64,000 nucleotides of DNA from Pelomyxa schiedti (lineage: Eukaryota; Protista; Evosea): the NCBI GenBank assembly GCA_020536535.1, contig JAHLWZ010000222.1, forward strand, positions 200,828 through 264,827. The letters are read 5' to 3'. The position numbers were made by a program, and so were the translations under genes. Shown here piece after piece: positions 40,978 to 54,378 of the stretch. The notes under the pieces are model-generated. The model ran no database searches, had not been told where the DNA came from, and worked only from the letters and a program-made list of their open reading frames with translations. The stretch's first letter is position 1. The number at the start of each line of letters is the position of its first letter.

Positions 40978-41640
40978 CGTTATCAATGATATTATCACTC
41001 AGCACATTCGTTGTGTTGTTTATTGCGTTTAGTGCGATTTTCAGTGCTTAAATTGTGGGTCGTCGTTCTCAGAAAAGCGAACGAAGGGTTACCGCGGTAC
41101 CGTCCCATCTTTCGAAGATTGAATTGAATGTCTCAGGGTATGAGAGTGTCTGATGTAGGGCACACTTTCATTGAAGCCACACAACGCAGTGCGTACGAGG
41201 ACCAGTTACAAGGGGATAGGAAATTATGGCTTCGTGGCAATTTTATCGGAATTTTATTTCAAGACGATTCTAATCAAAATTCCCTTTAATCGAATTGTTT
41301 TGTCATGTACATGGGAAAACAAACAGAAGCCCAATAAAAAGAAAGGTTGACAAAGGAACAGTGATTTATTATTTTTTCTCTGCCAACAACCAAAGACGGC
41401 CAAAGCCTCAAAGGGCAACGGGAAGGAGTGTGTCTTGGCAGGTAATAGGGTTTCCTTTTCCCCCTGGCTCTATATGTTCAAGTTGGCCAAACCAGTGGCA
41501 CAACCCGAAACCAGAGGAAGGGGGATAGAGCCCTGTGCTTACCACATTCAACAAGACTCCTAGCACTTCCCGTATAGCTGCCCAAGGAAGCTCTGTGGTC
41601 CGTATCTTTCCGGTTGTTGTCTGAAGGGTTTAGTGTGTGT

Positions 41641-42891
<1,251 letters not shown>

Positions 42892-43311
42892 TTATTTTTT
42901 TAATTGTTTGTTGGTTCTGCTTGCTTGTCTGTTCTTTGTTGAAAAGAAAAAATGTTGGTTCGTCGCTTAAATGCCTAGATTGTTCCTAAACAAGGAGCAA
43001 TTGCCAAAGGGCAGAATCCGTTTTTGGCATTATTCTGTTCCTCTGAACTGGGGAGTCAACTTGGCTCCCCCCAGCCCTGTCAGAAGGAGGCACATGTTGA
43101 GATTCGTGCTGTGTGGTTCGTACAACAGCTTCCGATAACCCCAATCTTTGTTTTGTTTCGCAAGAAGAACCCAAACAGTGGAACGGAACCCCTCCTGTTC
43201 TTTCGGGCTACACATGTTCCCCCTTGCGCAATAAGGAGAACATCCACTTCGCCGAAGCCAAAGTTCAGAGAAGAAAAAAGAAGTCTGCCTGATCGGGTGT
43301 GGTCGCACCCC

Positions 43312-44565
43312 ATGTTCCATCGTAGATCCGGGTCATCCAAGAGCGGCGACAACAGCAATGGGGGGGGACACAACAACGGCCACAGCCCCACGCCGAACTC
43401 GCGGGCGCACGGGGCGAGCTCGCCCCCGCCGCAGTCGGCCTCCGCCGCCACCGTGTTGATGTCGCCACCTCGATCCCCCGGAGACAACTTGCGGGGCGCG
43501 GCTACGACGTTCTTTCTCGTGCGGCACGGGGACAAATTAGGGGACGACCTTACTGGTATGTGCTCGGGTTTCCTTCTTTTTTGTGTTTTGTGTTTTGTGT
43601 TTTGGGGTTTTTTGATTTGTGTTTTGTATTTTGTATTGCAACCTGTTAGTGGGAGTAACAGGGTTAAGTGGCGGGTGTAATCATTCCAGGCAGATATCGG
43701 AGTCAGGGAGGCAGATGCCCTGGCTGAGAGAATGTCGGGTGCTCAGCTGACGCATGTATATACCAGTCCAGCTAGAAGAGCACAGAAGACAGCTAAGCCG
43801 ACATGTGACGCCACTGGAATTGAGCCGGTTGTGCTGCCTTGGTTGATGGAGGCCAGCCAACTCAGAGTTGACCAAGGCGGCCGGAATTACTGCATTTGGG
43901 ACACATTTGGCGAGTATGCACTTCCATCTTTTATTAAGAGACTTTGCGTCAACTTGATATATGTGGCACCACTAAACTGTCTGTAGAACGATTCGCGGGG
44001 AGTCGAAGTTACCCTCCACAAGGGATTGGTAGCCATCTCCCGTCATTACATTTATTGCGTTTTAAAAGCTGATTTTTTTAATAGGGCCACCAGAGAACCG
44101 TTTAATACCCCTGAGATAGTGGAGGCCTGGAACAATTTCTGTGACGATGTCGATTCCATGCTGCTTCAGCACGGCTACAAACGGGAAGGATATGTGTATA
44201 GACTTGTACCTCCCGCACCCGAGGTGGCTGAGGTCTTACAAAAACACACTGGAACTTGTGGGGTAGGACATGGCGGTCGCATTGCCTTGTTTTGTCATAA
44301 TGGCACTTTACTCTTTCTTCTTGCACACATGCTGGCAATACCCCTGCCTCTCGTTTTTTGCGGTTTCTTCTGCTGCCCTAGTAGTGTCACAACAGTTGCG
44401 CCCTTTTCCCCCCTTCTGTTACTTTTCATTAATGTGTTTTCTCTTCATTAGATATGCATGGAACAGCACTCCGATGAAATAGCCGTTCCTCGTTGCCTTG
44501 GTGTGGCAGATGTATCACATCTGTTCAAAAAGGTTCCCCTTGTGATTGAAATTAAGTCGGCCTAA
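43312..44565 (+). CDS. Histidine phosphatase / phosphoglycerate mutase-family protein
   Basis: FLVRHG, VYTSPARRAQKTA, IALFCHNG catalytic motifs and C-terminal AVPRCLGVADVSHL. Confidence 0.88.
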
Positions 44566-44955
44566 CACATAAACATAGGGACTGGAACCAGTTCCAAGGG
44601 GAATGGGAGACTACTTCCCCCAATGGCGCTGGTAGGCCAATATACAAAACAAAAGGAAGTGGGTTTGTTTGTCAATAAGCATGGTGTTAGTTGTTTTGGG
44701 AGTTTTAGGCAGTAAATACCATTCCACCACCGAGGCCCCTTTTCTTTCCCCTTGGCTTTTTGTTGTCATTTTACTGCACTTCTACTAAAGAGGCTTTGGT
44801 GGGTGTAAACCACGCGAAAGTATCAATCCTAAGTGTAACGAAGCCACGCACAATAAGGGAAACGCCACTATTACACATTACAAGAAGCAAACTTTTCTTT
44901 CTCACTTCTTATTAGTGACATAGGTTTTTATACAGAGAGATACAGCACGTTGTTG

Positions 44956-45892
44956 TCACAGTATGTTGCAAAACTTTTTCTTCTTGGGGGTTGAGTGTGC
45001 AAGAATGTCCCTCACAATTTGTGTGAATGCCTCCACAACGTTGTGCTTTGTACGGGCACTAGTTTCACTGAAAAAAACCTTTGTTAATCTGGGGTGTTTT
45101 GAGAAGATAAAAGCATACAAAAATCTTGCTGAATTAGCTTTGGCTAGGGCGTCTCCATCCTGAAAACAACGGTTATTACTTCACTGTGTTCTTTTGCTAC
45201 AAGTGATGGGAATTCGTACTGCCGTAGGAATAACTCGGTCTTCCATATCGCATTTGTTACCAATTATCATCAAGTGGCGGTCTTCATCCTTGGGCTTCTG
45301 AGTCTTGATTTGATTAATTATATCTGTCAGAGCAAGGAATGAAGGCTTCAGGTTTATAGCATATACAAGTACAAATCTGTTTGTTGTACGTGAGAAGTTG
45401 AACTCTTTGTAGGTCATATAAAGGGGGGTTGGGATTTTTTTTTACCCTTGACCAGTCCGAATATACAACTCCCGCATTGCTAGACATCACATGTTAATGA
45501 TACTTTTCAAATATTCGGAGGCATACTAACAAATTGCTCTGTTCCAGCAGTATCCAATATTTCCAGAAGATGATTTGTTCCATCAACTGCAAGTGTTCTT
45601 TGGAAAGAGTTTTCAATAGACTATTAGAGTTGGTTTAGTCCAAGGTTTTGAATAGTATAATGAAAGTCTTTAAGTGTATGATACCGGCGTATAATCTGTT
45701 TCAAAGCGGTCTTGCACGAATCTTATTGTTATACAACCTAAATGGGGGGAAAAAAGACATTAAAACCATGGTTACAACTCAGCTGCTCAAACAACATTCC
45801 ACGAAGGAAAAAAAAAAAATAAAAAAAAGGTACTCACTTTTGCCAACACCACAACCGCCCAACATTACAAGTTTGATGGCCTTCGACGCCAT
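44956..45892 (-). CDS. Ras/Rap-family small GTPase with CAAX (CNIL)
   Basis: KLVMLGGCGVGKS, DYTP|SIENSF, ILDTAGTEQF, IIGNKCD and a polybasic KKKKFCNIL* terminus. Confidence 0.93.
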
Positions 45893-46046
45893 TTCGTGTC
45901 GCGACACGTTGAAATAAAATGGAAACGAATAAAGAAAAGTTTTCGGTGTGATCTTCGCTTTCTTGTGTTCGGCGATTTGAAGAAACCCCTTCTTTTTTCG
46001 ATTCTAACGAACAAGAACGCGTTATTGGTGTTGGTTGAGGGAACAA

Positions 46047-48518
46047 ATGGAGTTCGATGTTGCTGCAATGAAGTCTTCCCCCCGGAAGTACTTGTCAAGT
46101 TGGACCGAGACCCAATTGCGGGATTTGGTGGCCCATTTGCAAAAAACTGAGCAGGAGTCTGCACAACAATTTCTTCCAGTTGTCCTTGAAATGCTCTCTG
46201 CTTTTGAGGTGCGGTGGCACTTTTGGAAATATATGGCACTTAATTAGTTATTTTTTTTTTAGAATAGAAGACAGTCTGTTCACCGTGAGGCTTTGGAGAG
46301 ATTGCACTCTGAGCCTGTAGCTTATTGCAGGACCCTCAATGCTGATCAATTGATTCAGTTGTGGTCACTTGTTCAGTGGAAAAATGGGGCCAGATTGGCT
46401 GATATCTTCATGTTGGATGCTCTGTGGGACGCAGTTGTTGCCAAAGTATTCTTACTTTGGTGATGTATTGTCAATACCCTTTTATTAGGTGGCAGCGGAT
46501 CCTGCATCTGTGATTGAAAAGTTTGAGCTGCCTGATTTGATTTACTTCTATAGAACCATGAAGCAGAGGATGTCTACTCCACAACGAGTTCCCGTAACAG
46601 TTCACCCAGCCATAATAGCTTATGTATTTCTCTGCAGGTTTACTCAACTTTAACTCCATTTCTAGCTGGAAAAGCAGTGCTTTGAGAAGGTTTCAATTAA
46701 ATTGTTGCTATCCCTGTCATATCCCTTTTAGAGTGCAGGGGACACAGTGAAATGGATGCACCGCTTAAAGGAACCTGAACCTTGGCGCCCATTAAGTGAA
46801 GAAATATCTCAGGTGAGATAACTTCTTACTTCTATTCTAATCCCATGATAGTGGCTTGATTACTGTTATACAACGTCTGCTTTTTTAACTGAAATAAATG
46901 GATCTCATCCTGTTTTTGGAAGCTGGAGTGCTGATCTCGAAGCAATGAAATTTAATGCCTTTGGTGTATTCACCAATCATCAACTCCGGTACTTGCTTTT
47001 TTCAGGCTTGTGAAACCTATTTTGTGTCCAGGAGAAATGGAGCCCCACCATTCCGACTCCACCGAGTCATGCCCCATTGTAGCTACGGCTCCGGGGTTCG
47101 ACCTCATACTCAACTAGTGCAGTCTTCTTCCCCCATAAGGTTTTATATGTCAACTTCTCACTCAACTGACAGTTATTAGCTTCGTCAACCTCCCAAAGAA
47201 CGTTGTAGTTGATATATTAACGAAAATCCTCTCCCCTGCTCCGTGCCCTTGTCACGCATACTCAGCTGTACGACTAATATTGTCATTTGGATTTTCTCAA
47301 TATTAGTAGCTTTTTAACTTGCGGGAGGTGATTTATTCTCTGTGCACTCTTGAACTCACCTGCCGTTTTTTCCATACGCCTGTTTCCGATTTTGCTAATC
47401 GCACAATAACTGAGTATTTTTCCCACTTGCAATGTGTGGCTCCAGCAAGTCTCCACTAACACGATTGTAATAGGGAGGCAGCGCGCCTTATCTCACTTCA
47501 ACTGAAGCTACACAAGGGGGGTGTACATGACTACAAGTATGAACTTTTTCATTCTGCTAAGGGTGTGTTTGTACTCCTTCCCCACTTCAATCTCAATTAG
47601 TATAGAGCAAGAAAGGGAGTTAAAAGAAAACCTTTATGACCGTCTTTATGACGGAAGAAGACGCAATAAAACAATAGAATCTATCATTCTCTCTGGATTT
47701 GGAGCGATTGAACCCGCCCTATGCAGGGTTAGCATAATTTCAACTCACTGATTTATTGCTTATTAAGGAATTAGCCAACATGCTTCCTTGGGGATGGAAT
47801 AGTTGAAACCATAACTGGAAGCAGGTTAAAGTCCAGAATTATTCCCTTCAAAGTAAACGCCACAAAGATCTGTTGGTGATATAAGGATTGGTGATAGTGT
47901 GCGAACCGAGAAGGGCTACAGGCGTGTTGTATGTGTAAAAACAACTCCTGTCACTGGACCCACCAAACTGGTTTACATTAATGGTTTGGGTCTCACACCA
48001 AGTCACCCGATATTTGTCCCCTCAGGCCTTCGCCCCAAGGATGATCCCAAATCCATCCAACCAGTGACAATAGACTATTCACTCGTTAAGGTTGCTTCGT
48101 CTTATTCTGCAATTTCCACTCAATTTGGCTCATTAAGTTTTCCAGAATATACCGTGCCAATGTGAGTGGATTCATCCTTGGGAGCTAAGCAAAGCTACAA
48201 TTGTCAGTGATGCAGATTTTCTCTACAACTTTGAGCTTGAAGGTATTAGCATTCCATGTTTTGAGTCCCACTTACCTTTTTTTTTTCTCAAGGTGGGCCC
48301 AATGTAAGTTTCCTCTCTAGACTCCTTTGATGATTCGACTTAACAAAACATTAATTACATTTACAACCTGACAGGCCTATGACCACTCCATTTGGATAAA
48401 CGGACTTCTCTTGGCCACACTGGGGAAGGATGTTGGAGATAGACTGAACAACAAGTGGCCTGAACTGGACAAACAGTACACAACAGCGGTTCTTCCCCAC
48501 CCAATAACATCTCATTAG
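46047..48518 (+). CDS. F-box + C-terminal Hint (Vint-like) domain protein
   Basis: F-box FVNLPKNVVVDILTKILS...NLREVIYSLCTLELTCRFF. Hint block A CFLGDGIVETITGSR|SVGDIRIGDSVRTEKG, block B LGLTPSHPIFV, blocks F/G FLYNFELEG...DHSIWINGLLLATLG. All inferred exon joins keep the frame. Confidence 0.8.
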
Positions 48519-48658
48519 ATATGGAAAAGGCTACTGGATGTCCTTGAAGAAAAAGTGGGAAGAAAGCACATGATACTACAAAAATTCTTTTGTTGTACTT
48601 AAAACTATTACACACATGGATAAGGTGTTTTACATTTTTTTGGCTGTGGGGGCTCTAT

Positions 48659-51600
48659 TTACGGAGCGCATTGTTTGGCTGTTTGAAGGATTTTCTCCTT
48701 TTGCTCCTTTGTTTGTACAGATAAAATCAAAATCGTAGAGTCTTCAAGGTGAACTTCACACATGAAAACTCCTTTGCCTTTTTATTTTGTACTACAATTA
48801 GAAAAGACAATTAGACAAAAAACCTACCTGGCTCGTCGAGAATATCTTGTACACGTACTCTTCGCAAATCACACTTGACTAACAGTTTGAGCTGCTTCTT
48901 CTTGTGCTTCCTCACAAGTAGTAGCATATCCGTCAATAAGTAATACAAGAGTGGTGTTTCAATTCCCTGATGCCACTCAGAAATGGCTCCTTCGGCAATT
49001 ATATGACGAACACTGGTGAGTAATTCCTTGGAAAAGTGTTAGAAAGGGAACAGCCCCAGAGACATAGTTACGGGAATTTTTGGAATGAGAATCTTATCAA
49101 GTTCCTTTAACGCTTGAGTCTGCTGGTTTGTTGACTCCTGTCTCACCTGTATTGCTTTTTCAATTTTTGGAAGAGTGGGTATCACGCACCTGCTCTTCGT
49201 TGACAGTAGCACAGATGGCTTGTGCTGCCTCCACACATTTAGTTAAATTTGCATAGTCCGGATGGTTTTCAGGAGTGCAGGCTACACATTCCTACACTGT
49301 CATTAATAAATAGATGTACCTTCATAACGTACCTTGAACAACAAAGCATAACGTGTTGCTCTTTGTACTATAGATGATGGATAAATTCTAATGGAAAAGA
49401 AGCGCTAATTACCAGGGAGAATGAGGAAGGATGACAATAGTGCTCCATTGGTTTTCTCAAATTCCTACATAATATTATTACTCTCTTCGCTTTTTGGGTT
49501 TTTACCTCGATCTTTACTCTTAGTTTGGGTTTTTTTTCACGAAGGTGATCCAGTGTAGTAAATGATTTTGCATAGTTGGCAATGAATTTTGCATACATCC
49601 TACCAAAAGACTCTGCTTGGAACTATTGTGGTCACCAGTCGATTGAGGGAGGGGTCTCATACGGCCGGTAAACATATATCTCCAATGCATCTAACACAGC
49701 TCCATCTTGTAAATTTCCGTTCTAAACTCCTCATTAATTGCATATTCCGTTGATAAAGTTTCTCGGTGTTGCAAAAAACCTATGTTACGGTAACTGTGGG
49801 CTAGGGTGTGTTTCAACATACATCCTTAATTTCTTGTGTGGTCATAAGTTTATTGGAAATAACGACTTCTCTGAATTGCTTGGAACAAAATCAAAGGGTT
49901 TATAAATGAGGGGCATGTAACCTCTAAAAGAGAAATCTGTCTACAATAAATTTGCTCTGAGATAAAGACTTCCTCAAAAACTTGTCTTCTCTTTGACCCT
50001 AATCCCAAGTTAATTAAAAAAAAGGAAAATTTACTAACCTATTTCACGGAATTGTTTACGAACAACCCAGCCGCGCCACACAGCAGCAATGCAGGTGGCG
50101 GCTTCATCTGGTGATATTATCTTGGGGGGTGCTTTTGGGGGAAGATCGGGCTGTTGTGGAGAGTTAGTAAAAAAAAAGTTGCCTAGAATCTAGTGCAAAC
50201 CTTAATAACAGGGGATGTTGTTGACGATGCAGTAATAGGTGTTGCTGATGCTGATGCCGCTGCTGAGGCTGCTCTCAGTGGTGAAATCTGATTAACCATT
50301 AGAGAATTGCAAAGAGAGAATATCGTTCAATCAACTGATGGTTGTCGAAGTACAGCACGTGTAAAAACTGATAGAAGTCTTCCGCGAGCAGTTTCTGGTG
50401 GTGCAGCAGCACTGGCTGTGGGCTTGTGATGGTCAGCGACCTACTTTAGTTACTGTTTTCATTGAGACATAAAGTACTTTTTCCATTGCTGCCATGTTGA
50501 GAGCAGGAACCATTGGGCTGCTTGGTGGTGTGGGAGTTGTAGGTGTTGATGTAGTTGCAGGGGTTGAAGTTGAAGAAGCTGTTGTGGTTGAAGTAGTTGT
50601 ACTAGGTGCTGGGGATGGCGTTGTTGGAGTAGGACTTGCAGAGGGGGTGGGAGATGAAGAAGGGGGTGGTGTAACTTGGTTTGCTTCGGTGGGCTCAGTT
50701 TTATTCTCTTTTTCATCTTTTTTTTTGTGGTCCCGGTGACCGTGGTGATGAGTCTTATGTTCACTGTGCTTATCACGTGATTTTGATCTGGTATGTGTTT
50801 TGCCATCTGAAGGTGGTTTCAACTCGTTCGTCTCTGGAGTGGGTGATGTTGCAGTGGGTGATGCTGTAGAAGGTGATGTAGTGGATTCTTTAGGTGGAGT
50901 TGGCTCTTTCAATGTAACTGCTTCCTGGGAAGGTGTTCTATCCTTTGGCGTCACTGACGAAGGGGCAGTAGATTCTTTTGTGGGTTCTGTGCCCTTAGGA
51001 GGCAGAGATGAATTACATGCTTTCTGCAGCTCGATAATTTGTGTTTCTTGGAGGAGAAGTTTTGCATGTTGTTGGCAGATATGGCGATATAATTCAGCTG
51101 TGGAAGCAGAGGAGAAAGACTGAGGATCCTTGATAGCTGGATTGGTGGCAATCCCACTCTGAGAAGATCCCAAAATGAGAGAAAATAAAGTTGGTACACA
51201 AGTTATATACAGTGTCTAATGCACACCTTTAATAGTTCTGTGTTGAGGGCAGCAATAGTAATTTCAAGGGACTTAATTTTGTCTTCTAAGGCCTGGAGGA
51301 ATGAATAAATCTATGGGGGGAGTTATTGATACTTGAACTCTTTTTCCAGCTTCTTCCCTACAAAGACATTGGTGAGAGAATAAAATAATTGCTGGGATAC
51401 CTTGAGGAAGCCGTCTTCTGAGTTTGCCCTCCCTATGAAGAGTCAATGAAAAGTAAATTCCTGGGAATATTACTTGATTCCGCTTGGCACCTCCGTATCT
51501 ATTGTTTTAACAGTAAGGAAAGCGGGATAAAGCAAATACTTTCACAACCTGCAAATCAATAACTTGATGGCTTTGGCAACTTTTGCTCGTTCAACATTTG

Positions 51601-53527
51601 GGATAAAAATAGTGCTAAAAATTGCCGCTAGAAGACCGGGAGAGCATGTAGTAACTTGAGCATGGGCAGCTACAAGCCTGAGCAAGAGCATCGTATTTCG
51701 TAGCAGAAGTTTGGAAGCGGGAGGTAGTTCCTCAACAAGGGGCAAGACTTCAGAGTAGCAAGTGTTGGAGTCTTGTTGAGCTATTTGTAATGTTATCGAC
51801 ACTGAAGACAGTAACAAATAAAGTATTTGTAAACCTGAAGCTTGGAAGAGAAGTTCCAGTTTGGAAGCGGGAACAAGTTTATCATCTGGTAAGCACCTCA
51901 GATACCATTTAAGTAATCCTGCAACTACATGTGGATCCGTATCATCAGGAATTGGTACTTCCTGGCCTTGAGCAAATCCTTCAAGCCACTTTTATTAAAT
52001 AAATCGCAGCCAAACACATCAAGCTCATCACAACACAGGACAGGAAACCCCATTTATACCAACCTTCTTCAAATGTAGTTCTGAGTGCCTTTAGTGCTTT
52101 CAAGTCACAGGAGTTCTTAAATATTCCAGCAGTTTGAGGTGCTAAGAGGGTTAGAACACAACTCCTCACAAAAGTGGTGAACCTTTAATCTTCAGAAATA
52201 GCAAAGCCTTTTTCACAATATCTGGCATTTTCAGGGGTTCTGTGCAACCTTTTGGACTCAACGCAACAGAGAGTGGTGCCCCAAACAAAGATGCCGGCTT
52301 CGAGGAGGTAGTAGATGATTGCACAGGCGTGGCCGATCCAGTAGGCGTGCAAAAAGTGGGATCTATAGACGAAGTGCCGCACGCACTTGCCATATCCGGC
52401 GGGTTTTTCCCGTTGGGCGTAGTGGCGCCCCTTCTGAAGTCGACCCCGTCCACAACTGCCGCCGCGCTGGTCCCGACTCTGGACCCAGCGCTCCTCCCCG
52501 CCCCGCCCCCGCTCCTTCTCCCGTGGTACACGCCCGAGGTCTCCAGGTCACTGTCTATGCCGGCCGATTCGGAGGCGTCCCTCGCGCCCATGGGCACGTA
52601 TCCGGAGAGCGAGGCGTCGGCGTTTGACAGGCCGCCAAGGCCGCCGTATCCGGAGCCGGAGTCGGAGTGGGGTGAGGAGCGGTGCCGGCTGTGGGACGAC
52701 AGCGGGGGCGCCAGGGACAGGCCGCTCCTGCCGAGCCCGCCGTTGGTGCTGGAGTTGCGGGCGTGGTGGCCGAGCGCCCGGCTCGGCGACAGGGACGTGG
52801 ACGTGATGCTGGGCGAGAAGGAGGAGTTGGGCGGCGACGCCGGCGACGGCGAGGGAGAGCGCGACCGCGACGGCGACCTCGTGTCTGACGACCTCCGCCG
52901 CGGCGGGCCTGACCCCGGGTTCATGGACAAATTCCCACCGCCGTTGAGTCCATTCACCTGCGCCCCGCCGACACCAACGCCCATCCCCATTCCCATTCCC
53001 ATCCCAATCCCGATTCCCATCCCGCTTTGGTGCGGAGCAAATGCACTGACACCGCTGCTGCTTGGGATTGTGGGATTCATCATTCTGCTGGTAGTGTTGT
53101 TGCTGTTGTTGTTGGTGTTGTTGGTGGGAGGTGGTGCAGATGAACTCGTTGAGGTAGTAGTGGTTGTGGTAGTTGTGGTTGTTGTAGGTGGGGCTTGTTT
53201 GCCCGAAGACGGCTGCGGAGGAGGGCCGGAAGGGGACTGGCTCTGGGGCTGGGGCTGGGGCTGGCCGAGGGCGCCGCGGAGATTGAGGTTGCTGCTGCTG
53301 CGGCCCCCGTTGCTGCCGCTTTTGTTGGGTCCCCCGGGTGCCAGGGCCTGCGGGGTGACGTTGCTGCGGGACAGCGAGATGGGCACCGGGGCGTCCAGGG
53401 AGTCCCCAGAGGACGACGCGGCGCCCCTGCCCGACGACCCCGTGGGCCTGCTGCTGCCCGTGCCCGTGGCCGTGGTTGTGTTTGTTGGCCGCCCGGGGTC
53501 GGCGGCTGAACCTCCCCCCTGTGACAT
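48659..53527 (-). CDS. RhoGAP - coiled coil - IQ - DH(RhoGEF) - PH protein
   Basis: SLFGAPL..., DPHVVAGLLKWYLRCLPD (RhoGAP), AATCIAAVWRGWVVRK (IQ), MYAKFIANYAKSFTTL (DH), IIAEG...LLTDMLLLVRK (PH). Linker exons splice in frame. Confidence 0.82.
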
Positions 53528-53910
53528 CTCTCTGGGTTGCTGGTTTTGGTGGGACCAGTGGCAAGGTGGGAAAAATTGGTTCGTGCCGGTCAGTGCCTGC
53601 GCTTGGATTTTTAATTTTGTTGTTGTTGGGGCTTGGCTTCGTGGTTTCCGGGGTTGTGTTGTCTCTGAGGGACTTCGGGAGGAACGTGATTGGTTGGCCC
53701 TTTTCCCCCCCACAATTGCGGTGTTTTCTCGTTTCTCTGGAAATCCTTCGGAGCCCCGAGGATCTTCCTGAGATGATGATTTCCTAAAAGGATACGAACG
53801 AGTGGCTGTGAAGCCACGATGGAGTTCAGGTTGAGGTTCTGATTCAATTGCCCTTCTTTATTGCCCCCTCGGGCACTTATTTCTTTTTCTCCTATTTTCC
53901 TGACGGCACG

Positions 53911-54360
53911 ATGATCACTCCCGATGCCCCATGGTTTCTAGTGGGTTGTCGTCCCGACCTTTTGCAGGCGGACCTGCCGTGGTTTTCCTCATCAGTGGCC
54001 TCGCCACTCACCGAATTAGAATCGCTTGAATCTCTGGCCAAACCAACACCCCTTGTCCTTCCTCTTCCGCAATTCCCTTTAGGTTGTTCTTTTGTTCGCT
54101 TTTTTCGTTGTGTTGTTGCCAAAATTGAAAACACCACTGGTTGTGGTGTGTGTCTAATTAAAATTCTCTGGAACAACAAAACAGTGGAGGAATTTGTGAG
54201 GATGTTGGAGCAACAACAAGAGGACAACACCAACAGCAGTGGCAGCAACAGCTCACAAATGGCACAACAACAACAAGCAAACAACAGCAACCTTGCAGCA
54301 TCACTTGGTGGGCAGGATCACTCAACCCAAGGTGTGGTTGACGGCGGCCAGCAACTCTGA
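53911..54360 (+). CDS. Possible small orphan protein with Q/N/S-rich C-terminus
   Basis: 149-codon ORF from ATG 53911, lying between a divergent gene start and a convergent stop at 54379. No family recognised. Confidence 0.3.
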   Translation: MITPDAPWFLVGCRPDLLQADLPWFSSSVASPLTELESLESLAKPTPLVLPLPQFPLGCSFVRFFRCVVAKIENTTGCGVCLIKILWNNKTVEEFVRMLEQQQEDNTNSSGSNSSQMAQQQQANNSNLAASLGGQDHSTQGVVDGGQQL

Positions 54361-54378
54361 ATTACCAGCAGTTTGTTG

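Noticed and set aside
47090-47110. GGTTCGA T-loop-like string suggesting a tRNA
   Set aside because: No cloverleaf or A-box can be formed, and it lies within a coding exon.
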